A stretch of DNA of 64,000 bases from Gammaproteobacteria bacterium (GCA_016744065.1 JADGFA010000002.1:28796-92795), one strand, 5' to 3'; shown: positions 20,912-31,826, numbered from the stretch's first letter. Notes: generated by a model not told the origin, from the sequence alone. Program-made: numbers and translations.

Positions 20912-22018
20912 ATGCCTGAGCAAGAAAAAACAATACCCAGCGTTAACCCGAAAACTGAAAGTATAAAAGAGCCTGAAGCGGATAAAAAACCGGAAAAGAA
21001 AGCATCTGGTAATGGGTATATTTTATTTTTAATGTTATTAACTGTTGGTGCGGGTGTAGCAGCTGCGATATATCTCTGGGATTTGCAACAAAAACAGGTG
21101 AGCATTTTACAGGAGCAGCAGCAGTCCATTATTGAATTAAAAAAACAATTAGAAAAAACAATAATGGAATCTAATGGCAATAGTAAGTTGTTAGTAGAAA
21201 ATACGGCACAGCTAGTAAGTTTAAGTGAAGGAATACAGAAAACTGAATTGATTTCACAGCGGGCAATGAAAGTGGTTAATCGCAGTCAGCGCGGTTGGGC
21301 TATAGCTGAAATAGATTATTTATTACGCATTGCCCATCAGCGAATAGCGATTGCTAAAGACATTGCTGGTGCTATTGCCGCGCTAAAAGGAGCCGATGCG
21401 CGATTGCAACAATTAGGCGATTTAAACTTATTTAAAATACGAGAACAGCTTGTTAAAGACATAGGGCGTTTAAATGCCATTCATCAGGCGGATGTAAATG
21501 GTATTTCATTAACCCTGGATCAACTTATTTCACTATTGACAGAGTTGCCATTTAAAACAGTAAAAGATGAAATAAAAAAGCAATTTACGCCTGATGATGT
21601 GGTTGAACCACTAAAAACTGAAGATAAAACATTTATAGATTCGGTGCTTGAAACGGTAATGCAGGTTGGTGATATAAAAATGCACCAGAGAAGCATCGAA
21701 GTGGCAAGTAGTGTAGAGCAACAAAAAGAAATAGAACAATTATTACGCACATATCTGTTAAGTGCGCGTTTGGCAGCGTTACAATTTGATCAGTTACGCT
21801 TCCAGCACGAAATTAATAAATCCAGTGAAATTATTGGATTGCATTATGATGAAAATGATAATCGTATACAGCAAATGCAAAAAACATTACGGGAATATTC
21901 TGCTGTGCAGTTAAACCCTGATCTACCCGAATTAATTAAAGCATGGACTATGTTGCAGGAAGTTATTAAAGGTACTGATAAAGCAGAGATTAAAGTTAAG
22001 AAGCAGGAGTCAAAATAA
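20912..22018 (+). CDS. hemX: HemX-family membrane protein
   Basis: N-terminal TM, coiled coil, WAIAEIDYLLRIA; hemCDXY synteny. Confidence 0.88.
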   Translation: MPEQEKTIPSVNPKTESIKEPEADKKPEKKASGNGYILFLMLLTVGAGVAAAIYLWDLQQKQVSILQEQQQSIIELKKQLEKTIMESNGNSKLLVENTAQLVSLSEGIQKTELISQRAMKVVNRSQRGWAIAEIDYLLRIAHQRIAIAKDIAGAIAALKGADARLQQLGDLNLFKIREQLVKDIGRLNAIHQADVNGISLTLDQLISLLTELPFKTVKDEIKKQFTPDDVVEPLKTEDKTFIDSVLETVMQVGDIKMHQRSIEVASSVEQQKEIEQLLRTYLLSARLAALQFDQLRFQHEINKSSEIIGLHYDENDNRIQQMQKTLREYSAVQLNPDLPELIKAWTMLQEVIKGTDKAEIKVKKQESK

Positions 22019-23283
22019 TGAAACGTTTTATAATTGCAATTTTACTGGCAATGACTCTTTCTGTGCCCATTGGTGTGATGGCGGTTTATTACGGTGCTGG
22101 CTATGTTGTTTTTAGTTTTGCTGAATATACAGTGGAAACATCATTTATATTTATGATGGGTCTTCTTGCCATGAGTTTTTTTGTCTTTTATTATTTTTTA
22201 CGCGTCGTATCAAAAATATTTCACTTCCCAGCTTATATGAGTGAAAGGCATTCATGTCGTCAGTCTGAGCGTTCAAAAAATGCTCTGGTAAAAGGCTTGA
22301 TAGAAATGTCAGAAGGTCGGTTTGAACTAGCTGAAAAAATGTTAATCAAGCAGGTTGGTTCCAGTGATACTTCACTTTTAAATTATTTAATGGCAGCAAG
22401 ATCAGCACAACAGGTAGCGGCATATGAGCGTCGGGATGAATATTTAAGATTGGCGCATGAGGCAACCCCATCGGCAGACATTGCAATTGGTTTAACCCAG
22501 GCAGAGTTACAGTTAAGCCATAAGCAATTTGAGCAGGCACTTGCTACCTTAAACCACCTATCCAGTGTTTCGCCAAAGCACGGTTATGTAAAAAAATTAC
22601 AGGCGCGTGTATATCAGCAGTTAGAAGACTGGGATAATTTAGGGCTTATTCTTGAAGATGTTCGCAAAATGAAAGCCATAGAAGAAACACAGCTTGAGAA
22701 ATATGAGGTAGAAGCCTATTACGGCATGTTAAAAGCCAGTATCAAGCAGGCGAAAAGAGAAAAAATAGATCGTATATGGAAACAAATACCTAAAAGATTA
22801 AAGCTTAATTCAGAACTAATTCATATCTATTGTTGTTTTTTATTAGAAAATAATAAAGCAGAAGAAGCAGAAGTATTAATAAGAAACCAGTTAAGCGCCA
22901 ACTGGAATGATGATCTTGCCATATTGTATTCTAATTTATCCGTTGAAGACTGTACTAAGCAGTTGGAAACAGCCGAGACCTGGTTGCATGGGCAATCACG
23001 TAATGCCGTTCTTTTGCTGGTGTTAGGTAAGCTGTGCCTTAACTGCCAGTTATGGGGAAAAGCCAGAGGTTACTTTGATTCAAGTATTGGTATTCAACCA
23101 AGTGCTGAAGCTTATTTGAAATTAGCTGAATTACTTGATAATAAAATGGGTGAGCATGAAGAGTCTCAGAAAATGTATCAGTTAGGCCTGTTAAATGCGG
23201 TAGATAACCAGTATGAAAATAATCAGTTGATTTTATTTAAAGAAAATAAACTGAGCAGGCCATTGCTTAAAGTTATTCAATAG
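22018..23283 (+). CDS. hemY: HemY-family TPR membrane protein
   Basis: GYVVF..VETS, GLIEMSEGRF, NYLMAARSA, LWGKA. Confidence 0.88.
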   Translation: MKRFIIAILLAMTLSVPIGVMAVYYGAGYVVFSFAEYTVETSFIFMMGLLAMSFFVFYYFLRVVSKIFHFPAYMSERHSCRQSERSKNALVKGLIEMSEGRFELAEKMLIKQVGSSDTSLLNYLMAARSAQQVAAYERRDEYLRLAHEATPSADIAIGLTQAELQLSHKQFEQALATLNHLSSVSPKHGYVKKLQARVYQQLEDWDNLGLILEDVRKMKAIEETQLEKYEVEAYYGMLKASIKQAKREKIDRIWKQIPKRLKLNSELIHIYCCFLLENNKAEEAEVLIRNQLSANWNDDLAILYSNLSVEDCTKQLETAETWLHGQSRNAVLLLVLGKLCLNCQLWGKARGYFDSSIGIQPSAEAYLKLAELLDNKMGEHEESQKMYQLGLLNAVDNQYENNQLILFKENKLSRPLLKVIQ

Positions 23284-23306
23284 TAATTAATTATATAGAG
23301 TGGTTA

Positions 23307-23750
23307 TTATTTGTGAGCAACGTAATGTCCTGAAAATAACAGAGCATCCTGTTCATTAAATAAAATTTTTATTTTTAATTTAATGCGGGCTCGGCCTTTG
23401 CGTTGATATGTTCTAATGAAGTTTTCTAATATTTTTTTATCACCTGGTTCACATACGGCTCTGATTTCTCCATCAACTGGCAGCTTGTAATCGACCTCAC
23501 TGTGTTGGATGACAATATGCCCCGAAAGATTATTTTGTTTCATCTGGTGAAAGACAAAGCCCCAGCCGCATAGCACAGCAACAGAATATAAACTGCCGCC
23601 AAAGGCCGTGCATTTATGATTAATGTTTGGCTTTAATGGAGCGGTTAGTTCAACTTTGTTTGAGTCACAATGGGCAACAGAGATTTCCATTGCCCGTGTA
23701 AGCGGTATTTCGTTGTGCAGTATGGATTGTAAATATTTATTTGCTTCCAT
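23307..23750 (-). CDS. YiiD C-terminal-type hotdog thioesterase
   Basis: EIPLTRAM, APLKPNINHKCTAFGGSL; ATG at 23750. Confidence 0.85.
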   Translation of the reverse strand: MEANKYLQSILHNEIPLTRAMEISVAHCDSNKVELTAPLKPNINHKCTAFGGSLYSVAVLCGWGFVFHQMKQNNLSGHIVIQHSEVDYKLPVDGEIRAVCEPGDKKILENFIRTYQRKGRARIKLKIKILFNEQDALLFSGHYVAHK

Positions 23751-24792
23751 GTGGTTTATTTTTAGCCGCAATAGCCTGTGTAGCATCAGTGGAGTATTCA
23801 AATGCATCAGAGAACATATTATCTTTAGACGCTCCCTGTTGGGTAAATAAATCAACAGCGGCATTTATCATGGGGGGTGGGCCGCTCATATAGATATCAA
23901 ATGCATCCAGTTCAGGGAATTGTTTAGCAACGACCTGATGCACAAAACCGGTTTCACTCTGCCAGTTATCACTCTCCATCGGGTCAGAAAGAACAGGAAT
24001 AAAACTAAGGTTACTGTTGTTTTTTATCCATTGCTCGGCCATATCACTCATGTACAGGTCACGTAACGCTCTTACCCCCATAAACATATGAACAGGCTGA
24101 TTAAAACCAACATGCTCTATATGTTCTATCATTGCTTTTAAGGGGCCAAAACCTGTTCCACCCCCCATCATAATTATTGGCCGATGACGATCTTCACGTA
24201 GATAAAAACTTCCCAGAGGGCCCTGTACTTGCAGGCTTGAGTTTTCTGGCATCGATTCGAATAAAAAGTCAGTAAATAAACCGCCATCAACATGGCGGAT
24301 GTGCAACTCAATTAGTTCATCATTATGGGGTGCATTTGCGATTGAAAAAGCACGGTGTTTCCCGTCCTTAAGTATAAACTCTATATATTGTCCTGCATGG
24401 TATTGCAGGCGTTCGTCATTATCCAGTTTGATTTTAAGTGCGATAACATCATGGCAGAGGTGTTCTTTAGAGCTGACATGACAGTTTATCTGTTTTATTT
24501 CAAAGCGAGTTAGCTCTTCAATTTCATCAATGCTAATTTCAATGTCAGCAGATGTCTTGCCTACGCAGAATAATGCCTGGTTATTTGCTTTCATATCGTC
24601 ATCAAGTGCGATGGGTTCGTCATCATAATAGACTTCACCCTTTATAATAAAACCAGCACATGCACCACATGCGCCACCTCGACAACCATAGGGTAGTTCA
24701 ATATTTTGTCTCATTGCGGCATCTAAAATAGCTTCCCCTTCATCAACTTCAAATTGGTGCCCAGATGGTTGAATGGTGACTTTGCTTGGCAT
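23737..24792 (-). CDS. 2Fe-2S/FAD/NAD(P) oxidoreductase (CDP-6-deoxy-glucoseen reductase-like)
   Basis: CRGGACGAC ferredoxin motif, RAFSIAN, GGTGFGP, SGPPPM. Confidence 0.88.
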   Translation of the reverse strand: MPSKVTIQPSGHQFEVDEGEAILDAAMRQNIELPYGCRGGACGACAGFIIKGEVYYDDEPIALDDDMKANNQALFCVGKTSADIEISIDEIEELTRFEIKQINCHVSSKEHLCHDVIALKIKLDNDERLQYHAGQYIEFILKDGKHRAFSIANAPHNDELIELHIRHVDGGLFTDFLFESMPENSSLQVQGPLGSFYLREDRHRPIIMMGGGTGFGPLKAMIEHIEHVGFNQPVHMFMGVRALRDLYMSDMAEQWIKNNSNLSFIPVLSDPMESDNWQSETGFVHQVVAKQFPELDAFDIYMSGPPPMINAAVDLFTQQGASKDNMFSDAFEYSTDATQAIAAKNKPHGSK

Positions 24793-24916
24793 TATTAATC
24801 CTTAAAATCTTATTTAGCCTGACATTTTGCACCATATATGTGCAAAGTAAAAGCACATAAAAGTTACTACTAAATATTTTTGTTATAATGATAATTTAAA
24901 TTTGGGAGAAACATAA

Positions 24917-25174
24917 ATGGCGCGCGTTAAAATTTATAGCACCGCACGGTGTCCTATGTGCGATAAAACGAAAACTTTATTGTGTAAATGGAAAATTCCT
25001 TACGATGAGGCTAAGGTTGATTCTGATCAGGGTGCATTGAGAGAAATGTCGGTGTTAACGCAGGGTGCAAGAACGGTTCCACAGATTGCTATTGATGGAA
25101 AATGGATAGGAGGTTTTTCTGAATTAACGATGATGCATATGGATGACGAGCTTGATGAGCTTATTGAGGCCTGA
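24917..25174 (+). CDS. Glutaredoxin
   Basis: CPMC, RTVPQI, IGGFSEL. Confidence 0.88.
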   Translation: MARVKIYSTARCPMCDKTKTLLCKWKIPYDEAKVDSDQGALREMSVLTQGARTVPQIAIDGKWIGGFSELTMMHMDDELDELIEA

Positions 25175-25400
25175 TTTGAGGGGGGTAAATGTGCCCCAGT
25201 GGGTGCGGTTTATTGCCCAGGATTCAGATGGTATGTGGTGGGGGTATTCGGTTGAGCCGCTGGAAAATCATCGTGGCTGGTATGAGAATGAAGTTGGAAA
25301 ACATATAAAGCTATTACAGTCAGCTGTGGACGGTGAGTGGAAGAAAAGCTTATTTGTTTATCGTTCGGCTCAGGAAAATCATGCCCAGTCATCCCCGTAA
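25155..25400 (+). CDS. Small hypothetical protein
   Basis: PQWVRFIAQDSDGMWWGYSVEP motif; start uncertain. Confidence 0.6.
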   Translation: MSLLRPDLRGVNVPQWVRFIAQDSDGMWWGYSVEPLENHRGWYENEVGKHIKLLQSAVDGEWKKSLFVYRSAQENHAQSSP

Positions 25401-25681
25401 TCATGAGTGATTTCATCGCCTGTTTTTATATTTTTTATAGCGATAACCTGTAGGTCTTCACAGTAGCAGGCATTAGGTTCTGGATTGTGGTTGATGTATT
25501 TTAAATCGCTATCAACCTGTATGCCGGTAGTATCATCAATCCATAATACATAAGGTCCGTCTTTTTTAACCGGCTTGTATTTAATTGTGCCAATAACGGC
25601 ACCCTCAATAATATTACAGTTGGCAAAAAGCCCTTTGCCATGAATGGCGCTTTCTCTTACGATAAATAATGTTTCAGACAT
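25379..25681 (-). CDS. Minimal SET-domain protein
   Basis: SAIHGKGLFA, YINHNPEPNA, GDEITHDYG. Confidence 0.85.
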   Translation of the reverse strand: MSETLFIVRESAIHGKGLFANCNIIEGAVIGTIKYKPVKKDGPYVLWIDDTTGIQVDSDLKYINHNPEPNACYCEDLQVIAIKNIKTGDEITHDYGDDWA

Positions 25682-25685
25682 AGGC

Positions 25686-27161
25686 TTATTTGTTGTTAAA
25701 AATATTTAACTGATCCCATTTTTCATTTACTTTTTGTTTGATGTCGTCTTGCATAACAATGGGCTTACCCCATTCCCGACTGGTTTCGCCGGGTAGTTTG
25801 TTGGTGGCATCAAAACCCATTTTTGAGCCGAGGCCTGATACAGGTGAAGCAAAATCGAGATAGTCTATAGGGGTGTTTTCAATAATAGTGGTATCCCGGG
25901 ATGGGTCCATGCGAGTGGTCATGGCCCAGATAACATCATTCCAGTCACGTGTATTGATGTCGTCATCAACAACAATAATAAATTTTGTGTACATAAACTG
26001 GCGTAGAAATGACCAGACACCCATCATGACCCGTTTAGCATGGCCGGGATATTGTTTTTTCATGCTAACCACAGCCATACGATAAGAACAGCCTTCTGGG
26101 GGTAAATAAAAATCAATAATTTCAGGGAACTGCTTTTTTAAAATAGGCACAAACACTTCATTTAATGCTAAACCAAGAATGGCAGGTTCGTCTGGTGGTC
26201 GCCCGGTATAGGTTGTATGGTAAATTGGGTCATTGCGGTGGGTGATTTTCTCTATGGTAAAGACAGGAAAAGTTTCTACTTCATTGTAATAACCTGTGTG
26301 ATCGCCATAGGGGCCTTCAGGTGCGACATCATTGGGGTAAATGTAGCCCTCAAGTACATATTCAGCGGAAGCAGGAACCTGTAAATCAGATAGTTTGCAT
26401 TGTGTCACTTCGGTTTTGCTACCGCGTAATAATCCTGCGAAGGCATATTCAGACAAGCTATCGGGTACGGGTGTTACAGCCGCTAAAATAGTGGCGGGAT
26501 CAGCGCCTAAGGCGACTGCAACTGGAAAAGGCTCACCAGGGTGAGCTTCTTGCCATTCTTTAAAGTCCAGTGCACCACCGCGATGTGAAAGCCAGCGCAT
26601 AATGACTCTGTTTTTTCCAATAACCTGCTGGCGATAAATGCCCAGATTTTGACGTTCTTTATTTGGCCCTCTGGTGATGACCAGTCCCCAGGTAATTAAG
26701 GGTGCTGCATCTTCAGGCCAACAGGTCTGGATGGGGATTTGAGCAAGGTCTATATCATCTTTCTCAATAATATTTTTCTGGCAGTTGGCCTTGCTAATAA
26801 CTTTAGGTGCCATATTAAGCACCTGCTTGAAAACAGGCAGCTTTTCCCAGGCATCTTTCATGCCTTTAGGTGGCTCCGGCTCTTTCAGGAAAGCCAGTAA
26901 TTTACCTATTTCATGTAGTGCATCTACCGACTCTTCACCCATGCCCATGGCAACCCTTTTGGGTGTGCCAAATAAATTGGCCAGAACAGCAACAGGTGAG
27001 TTTTTAACATTTTCAAAAAGTAATGCGGGGCCAGACGCACGTAATGTTCTGTCGCAGATTTCTGTCATTTCAAGATAGGGGTCTACTTCAACACTAATGC
27101 GTTTAAGTTCGCCTTTTTGTTCCAGTTGTGAAATGAAATCACGGAGATCTTTATATTTCAT
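25686..27161 (-). CDS. ubiD: 4-hydroxy-3-polyprenylbenzoate decarboxylase
   Basis: [44 protein letters not shown]. Confidence 0.97.
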   Translation of the reverse strand: MKYKDLRDFISQLEQKGELKRISVEVDPYLEMTEICDRTLRASGPALLFENVKNSPVAVLANLFGTPKRVAMGMGEESVDALHEIGKLLAFLKEPEPPKGMKDAWEKLPVFKQVLNMAPKVISKANCQKNIIEKDDIDLAQIPIQTCWPEDAAPLITWGLVITRGPNKERQNLGIYRQQVIGKNRVIMRWLSHRGGALDFKEWQEAHPGEPFPVAVALGADPATILAAVTPVPDSLSEYAFAGLLRGSKTEVTQCKLSDLQVPASAEYVLEGYIYPNDVAPEGPYGDHTGYYNEVETFPVFTIEKITHRNDPIYHTTYTGRPPDEPAILGLALNEVFVPILKKQFPEIIDFYLPPEGCSYRMAVVSMKKQYPGHAKRVMMGVWSFLRQFMYTKFIIVVDDDINTRDWNDVIWAMTTRMDPSRDTTIIENTPIDYLDFASPVSGLGSKMGFDATNKLPGETSREWGKPIVMQDDIKQKVNEKWDQLNIFNNK

Positions 27162-27196
27162 AGGGTAATTTAATTTTCTGAGTTATATATACAGGT

Positions 27197-27478
27197 CTAT
27201 TTATACAGGCAAAGGTAGGCGGTATCGCAGTTTGTTTTAACCTGAAATTTAGTATTGGCTTCAACAATAAACATTTCATTAATGGCTATATCGCGCCAGT
27301 TGTCTTCATTGGGTAATTTAACAGACATTTCACCACTTATTAATGTCATGTGCTCAATCGTATCAGTGCCAAATTCATAATCACCGGCAGCCATCACGCC
27401 CAGGGTTGCTTTGTCGTTAGCAGATTTAAATGCCAGTGATTTAACCTTGCCATTAAAATATTCATTTACATCAAACAT
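27197..27478 (-). CDS. ppnP: Pyrimidine/purine nucleoside phosphorylase (DUF1255)
   Basis: MFDVNEYFNGKVKSL, GVMAAGDYEFGT, AYLCLY. Confidence 0.88.
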   Translation of the reverse strand: MFDVNEYFNGKVKSLAFKSANDKATLGVMAAGDYEFGTDTIEHMTLISGEMSVKLPNEDNWRDIAINEMFIVEANTKFQVKTNCDTAYLCLYK

Positions 27479-27533
27479 AATAGACCTGTAATTCGGTTTT
27501 AAAGGAACGCATTTTAGCACGCCTGAGTTTAGC

Positions 27534-28112
27534 TTATGGCTGGTGTTTCATTAAGCAAATTTTCTTGCCGTTACCCAGATAACGATTAAATTTATCAGAA
27601 ATAGCTCTGGGTGCCGTTTCAGGGTCACAGGATATGAAATTAGCCCGGGAGTAAAAGTTAACAAGATGTGAGTAGGGGAAGCTATAACAGACAAGGTTTG
27701 TTAGCTTATCCTGAAGGTAAACCAGTAACGCTGTTCCTGTACCCTGGTGGCGTTTATCCGCATGTACGCACATGCTGCGTAGCAGATAGCAGTCATTAAC
27801 CGGGTGTAATCTAAGGGCGGCGACAATGGTATTATCCAGTGTCGCTATATAAATTAAGTCGCCTTTGGGTGCCTGTGCACGCATTCCATTTTTTTTGTAA
27901 AATGATTTTACGCGAGGCAGGTTATACTGCTCAGCCTGTTTAAATATAAGCTGTTCAGGGGAAGCACCTGAAGGAGGTTTAGTTGATGCCCCGTGCGTTT
28001 TGCTATCAATGTCGCCGTGCAAAAGTGACCTGCCTGTGTGGCCGCATTGAAAAACAGCCGAATCAAATAAAAATAATTGTATTACAGCACCCGGATGAAA
28101 CCGATAATGCAA
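27534..28112 (-). CDS. GNAT acetyltransferase (start uncertain; core about 27534-27950)
   Basis: LLRSMCVHADKRHQGTGTALL acetyl-CoA motif, HLVNFYSRANF. Confidence 0.7.
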   Translation of the reverse strand: MHYRFHPGAVIQLFLFDSAVFQCGHTGRSLLHGDIDSKTHGASTKPPSGASPEQLIFKQAEQYNLPRVKSFYKKNGMRAQAPKGDLIYIATLDNTIVAALRLHPVNDCYLLRSMCVHADKRHQGTGTALLVYLQDKLTNLVCYSFPYSHLVNFYSRANFISCDPETAPRAISDKFNRYLGNGKKICLMKHQP

Positions 28113-28606
28113 AAGGTAGCAGTATCATAGCAGAATTGGGCCTGCTGCAATATCAGCGATGGATTGCAGAGGATTTTAGTGATCATCGTGAGTTGAACAG
28201 GCTATTAGCTGAGCATAAGTCTGAGGTGGCTATCCTGTATCCGGTTGTAGGTGCAATTGAGTTGAAAAATGAATGGCAGGCCCCGCCTGAACTGAGTTTG
28301 AAATACCTGATTGTAATTGATGCAACCTGGCGTAAAGCAAAGAAAATATGGCAGCTTCAGCCCCAGTTGCAGAAACTGCCTGTTTTTAAGTTAACTAATA
28401 AGCAAATTTCAAACTATCGAATTCGTAAGGTTCCGGAAGATGGGCATTTGTCTACTGTAGAAAGCATTGTGGCTGCATTAAGGGCACTGGAGTCGCGCTC
28501 CCAGGCATATCAACCATTGCTGGACCTGTTTGCTGAGATGATTGATTTTCAGATAAAAAAAATGGGTAAGATGACGTATTTGAAAAATTATTCAGATAAA
28601 GAATGA
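27986..28606 (+). CDS. DTW-domain tRNA-uridine aminocarboxypropyltransferase-like protein
   Basis: CYQC...CLC, LQHPDE, IDATWRKA, YRIRK, LSTVE; RBS aaggagg at 27971. Confidence 0.88.
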   Translation: MPRAFCYQCRRAKVTCLCGRIEKQPNQIKIIVLQHPDETDNAKGSSIIAELGLLQYQRWIAEDFSDHRELNRLLAEHKSEVAILYPVVGAIELKNEWQAPPELSLKYLIVIDATWRKAKKIWQLQPQLQKLPVFKLTNKQISNYRIRKVPEDGHLSTVESIVAALRALESRSQAYQPLLDLFAEMIDFQIKKMGKMTYLKNYSDKE

Positions 28607-28683
28607 ATTTTTTTCAGATAGTTATGGAAAATAAGTTAAGCATCATATAGACTGCGCGCCTCTTTGCAGAAAGAGTTAATTGT

Positions 28684-28759
28684 GGGTGATTAGCTCAGCT
28701 GGTAGAGCGTCGCCCTTACAAGGCGAATGTCGGGGGTTCGACTCCCTCATCACCCACCA
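28684..28759 (+). tRNA. tRNA-Val(TAC)
   Basis: GGGTGAT acceptor stem, anticodon loop ctTACaa, GGTTCGA T-arm, CCA end. Confidence 0.96.
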
Positions 28760-28761
28760 AC

Positions 28762-28838
28762 GGACCGGTAGTTCAGCTGGTTAGAATGCCGGCCTGTCAC
28801 GCCGGAGGTCGCGGGTTCAAATCCCGTCCGGTCCGCCA
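28762..28838 (+). tRNA. tRNA-Asp(GTC)
   Basis: GGACCGG acceptor stem, ctGTCac anticodon loop, GGTTCAA, CCA end; 2-nt spacer after tRNA-Val. Confidence 0.96.
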
Positions 28839-29202
28839 TATTATTACAGAATAAAGAAATAGTTTTTATTTTTTTATCGCTCCGTAACCGGTCTCTATGA
28901 CCGGTATACGAATGATGTTGTTGATTTACATCGGTTTTTTATACTCGGCAAACTGTTCTATCCTCTAAAAACACCCTCTTTATTATATGTTTACTTTTAG
29001 CTGTTGGTGTATTAGCTAGGCCCACCTTATTAACATCATTAAATCGTATTAAATCAGCTTTTTCACTGTAGGCCTTACCCTTCCATTGCCGGTTAAATGT
29101 TTATTTGACAAGAGTGCCTGATGTCAGGACCTTTGGCCTATCTATACCTGAGAGTCACGATTAGAATAAGATTGATATATTTAGGGAAAAGGTTCTTTTT
29201 GA

Positions 29203-31095
29203 ATGCGCCTGAATGGGAATGGAGTCATTAAAATTATATTTTATCTGTATGGTTCAAAAAATAAAGCGTCAGAGTTGATGGATTGCCTTTATGCCATCTT
29301 AAATGGAGCAATAAAAATAGCTTTAATTGGTCTGGTGCTTTTACCTGGCTCGATAGCGAATGCTGATAGTCGCCAACGAGCTATAGAAGTGACACAGGCA
29401 GGCCTGGTTTATTCAGACCATTTAACACCGCCAGATATGCAGAAGGCAGATCCTGTTTTACTGCCACACCACTGGAATATTCATGGGTTATACGGTTCTG
29501 CCTGGTATACATTTACATTTTCCCCAGATAGCGTAACGCTGAATGAAGTATGGGCCATCTATATACCCGATGTTATTATGAATGCACAGGTGTGGCTAAA
29601 TGGGGTGCTTATAGGTTCTGGTGGTCAGTTAACACCACCCATTGCCAGGCAGTGGCATTCTCCACTTATGTTTAGTGTTCCGACAGCGCTTATCCAGACT
29701 GACAATACGGTGCATATACGTGTTGTTGCTTATACCAATCGGCATGCAAAACTGGGGAGTGTTTATATTGGCCCGGAGACCGAGCTACAGAGTCGCTTTA
29801 CAGCGGACTATTTTACATCGGTTACCCTGAGCATTATTAGCGGTGTTGTTACTTTCCTACTGGCTGGCCTATTGTTTTCAATCTGGTTAAAACGGCGCGA
29901 AAGTGAGTATTTCTGGTTTGCACTGGCAAACCTGATGTGGTGTGTTTATAACGTAAATATATTTGTTCATAATCTCCCTGTAAAAGAGCAGTTCTGGGAA
30001 AAAATTGTTTTTTTAAGTTCAGGCTGGCTGGCAATAGCGATTGCCTTTTCAATGATTCGTCTGGACAAAAAACATTACCCTTATATTGAAAAATATTTGT
30101 TAGCTTCCTGTGGCATCTGGAATATTATTATTGTTTTTTCCTCAGAGGAGCAGATGTTTGTGCTGTTCCCTTATTGGCTTCAATTTTGTTTTGTTGCTGC
30201 CTGTGCGGGTATTGCACATTTGGCATGGCAGTGGACGAAAAACCGAAAAAAACAAAATGCTATTATATTGTTCCTTATTTTCTTCATTGCCATTGCCGGG
30301 TTACATGATGTGGCGATTCAGTCATACTGGATTGATTTGGGTACGGGTCTCTGGCTAGATTATTCATTGCCATTGTTTTTTTTAATAATGAGTTATTTGT
30401 TAGTGAGCCGCTTTCTTCAGGCACTTGATGAAACAGAATGTCTTAATATGGAACTGGAAGAGCGTATACACCATGCAGGAAAATTGTTAGAAAAAAACTA
30501 TCAAAAGATTCTAGCTATGGAGAAGCTACAGGCGATCACCCAGGAGCGGCAGCGAATACACCGAGATCTACATGATTCTATTGGAGCCAAACTGTTATCG
30601 CTGGTTTATCAAAGTGCAACGGATGAGCATGAAACTCTGGCGCGCTCAGCCCTGGCAGATTTACGTGGTGTTGTGCAACATCCGCCTAAATCCATTAATA
30701 ATTTGTCTGATGTAGTTTATAAATGGAAGGCTGAATGTTTTAAGCGTTGTAATGAAGTGGATATAAGCCTTATATTTCACGTTTACCATGTTCCTGCTGA
30801 TATGTTATTTACTACGGAGGTAACACAAAGTATTTATTTAATATTGACGGAAGCTTTAAGCAATGCAATCAAGCATCATTCTAGCCATACTATTACCATA
30901 GTTGTTCGCTATCGTTTAAATTATTTGAAATTCACAGTAAAAGATCAAAGCGACTACTCTAAATTAAAGCAATGGCAGCAAGGTGTTGGCATGCACAATA
31001 TGCAGTTTCGAGTTAAAGCGCTTAATGGTAAAATAAAGTGGCAGGGAACTCATACTGGTGGGCAGGTATCGTGGATTTTTCCATATACACCATAA
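29203..31095 (+). CDS. 7TM-DISM-type sensor histidine kinase (HisKA_3)
   Basis: Periplasmic beta-sandwich (LPHHW, VWLNG), about 7 TM, ERQRIHRDLHDSIG, EALSNAIKH, GVGMHNM; start uncertain. Confidence 0.85.
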   Translation: MRLNGNGVIKIIFYLYGSKNKASELMDCLYAILNGAIKIALIGLVLLPGSIANADSRQRAIEVTQAGLVYSDHLTPPDMQKADPVLLPHHWNIHGLYGSAWYTFTFSPDSVTLNEVWAIYIPDVIMNAQVWLNGVLIGSGGQLTPPIARQWHSPLMFSVPTALIQTDNTVHIRVVAYTNRHAKLGSVYIGPETELQSRFTADYFTSVTLSIISGVVTFLLAGLLFSIWLKRRESEYFWFALANLMWCVYNVNIFVHNLPVKEQFWEKIVFLSSGWLAIAIAFSMIRLDKKHYPYIEKYLLASCGIWNIIIVFSSEEQMFVLFPYWLQFCFVAACAGIAHLAWQWTKNRKKQNAIILFLIFFIAIAGLHDVAIQSYWIDLGTGLWLDYSLPLFFLIMSYLLVSRFLQALDETECLNMELEERIHHAGKLLEKNYQKILAMEKLQAITQERQRIHRDLHDSIGAKLLSLVYQSATDEHETLARSALADLRGVVQHPPKSINNLSDVVYKWKAECFKRCNEVDISLIFHVYHVPADMLFTTEVTQSIYLILTEALSNAIKHHSSHTITIVVRYRLNYLKFTVKDQSDYSKLKQWQQGVGMHNMQFRVKALNGKIKWQGTHTGGQVSWIFPYTP

Positions 31096-31115
31096 AGGGA
31101 TATTAGAAAAAAATC

Positions 31116-31784
31116 ATGTCAGATAAAAATACAATATCATCAACCAACAAACAAGTTCTTATCCTTGAAGATCATATTGATGCACAGACATGGTTAGGCG
31201 ATGCGGTATTAATGGCTTATGAAAACAGGGCTGAAGTGACTTTGTCAGCATCTGTTGCCGAAGCTCAGCATAACATTATGAAGCAGGCGTTTGATTTGTT
31301 TTTGGTTGACCTTAATCTACCTGATGGTAGTGGGCTTGAGGCGCTGGTACAGGCAAAAAATCTTTATCCTGATTTAGTTTGTGTCGTTACCACCATCTAC
31401 TCCGATGATTCACATCTGTTTTCCGCATTACGTGCCGGAGCAGCAGGCTATATTTTAAAAGATGAAAGTAAAGCGGCTATTGCTGAAATGTTGAAAAAGA
31501 GTGACAGGGGTATTCCTGCTATATCACCTGAGGTGGCTCAAAAAATACTCTGTTATTTTCATCAGCCCTCAATGGTAACAAAACATGTATCGTTGACCGA
31601 AAGAGAGCGGGAGACGCTGTCATATATTGTCAAAGGCTCCAGTGTGAAGGAGTGCGCTATTTTGATGGCTATCAGCCACCATACTGTGCAAGGATATGTG
31701 AAGGAAATTTATCATAAACTGGATGTATCGTCTCGCGCAGAAATGGTCAGTGAGGCCTTGCGAACGGGTTTATTATTACCTTGA
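31116..31784 (+). CDS. NarL/LuxR-family response regulator
   Basis: LVDLNLPDGSG, GAAGYILK, LTERERETL, HTVQGYVKEIYHKL. Confidence 0.92.
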   Translation: MSDKNTISSTNKQVLILEDHIDAQTWLGDAVLMAYENRAEVTLSASVAEAQHNIMKQAFDLFLVDLNLPDGSGLEALVQAKNLYPDLVCVVTTIYSDDSHLFSALRAGAAGYILKDESKAAIAEMLKKSDRGIPAISPEVAQKILCYFHQPSMVTKHVSLTERERETLSYIVKGSSVKECAILMAISHHTVQGYVKEIYHKLDVSSRAEMVSEALRTGLLLP

Positions 31785-31787
31785 TGC

Positions 31788-31826
31788 GATCTAGTGTACT
31801 GGATAGTCTATTCAGTACACTAGATC
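31788..31826. terminator. Long hairpin between convergent genes
   Basis: gatctagtgtactg-gatagtctatt-cagtacactagatc, 14-bp perfect arms. Confidence 0.65.
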
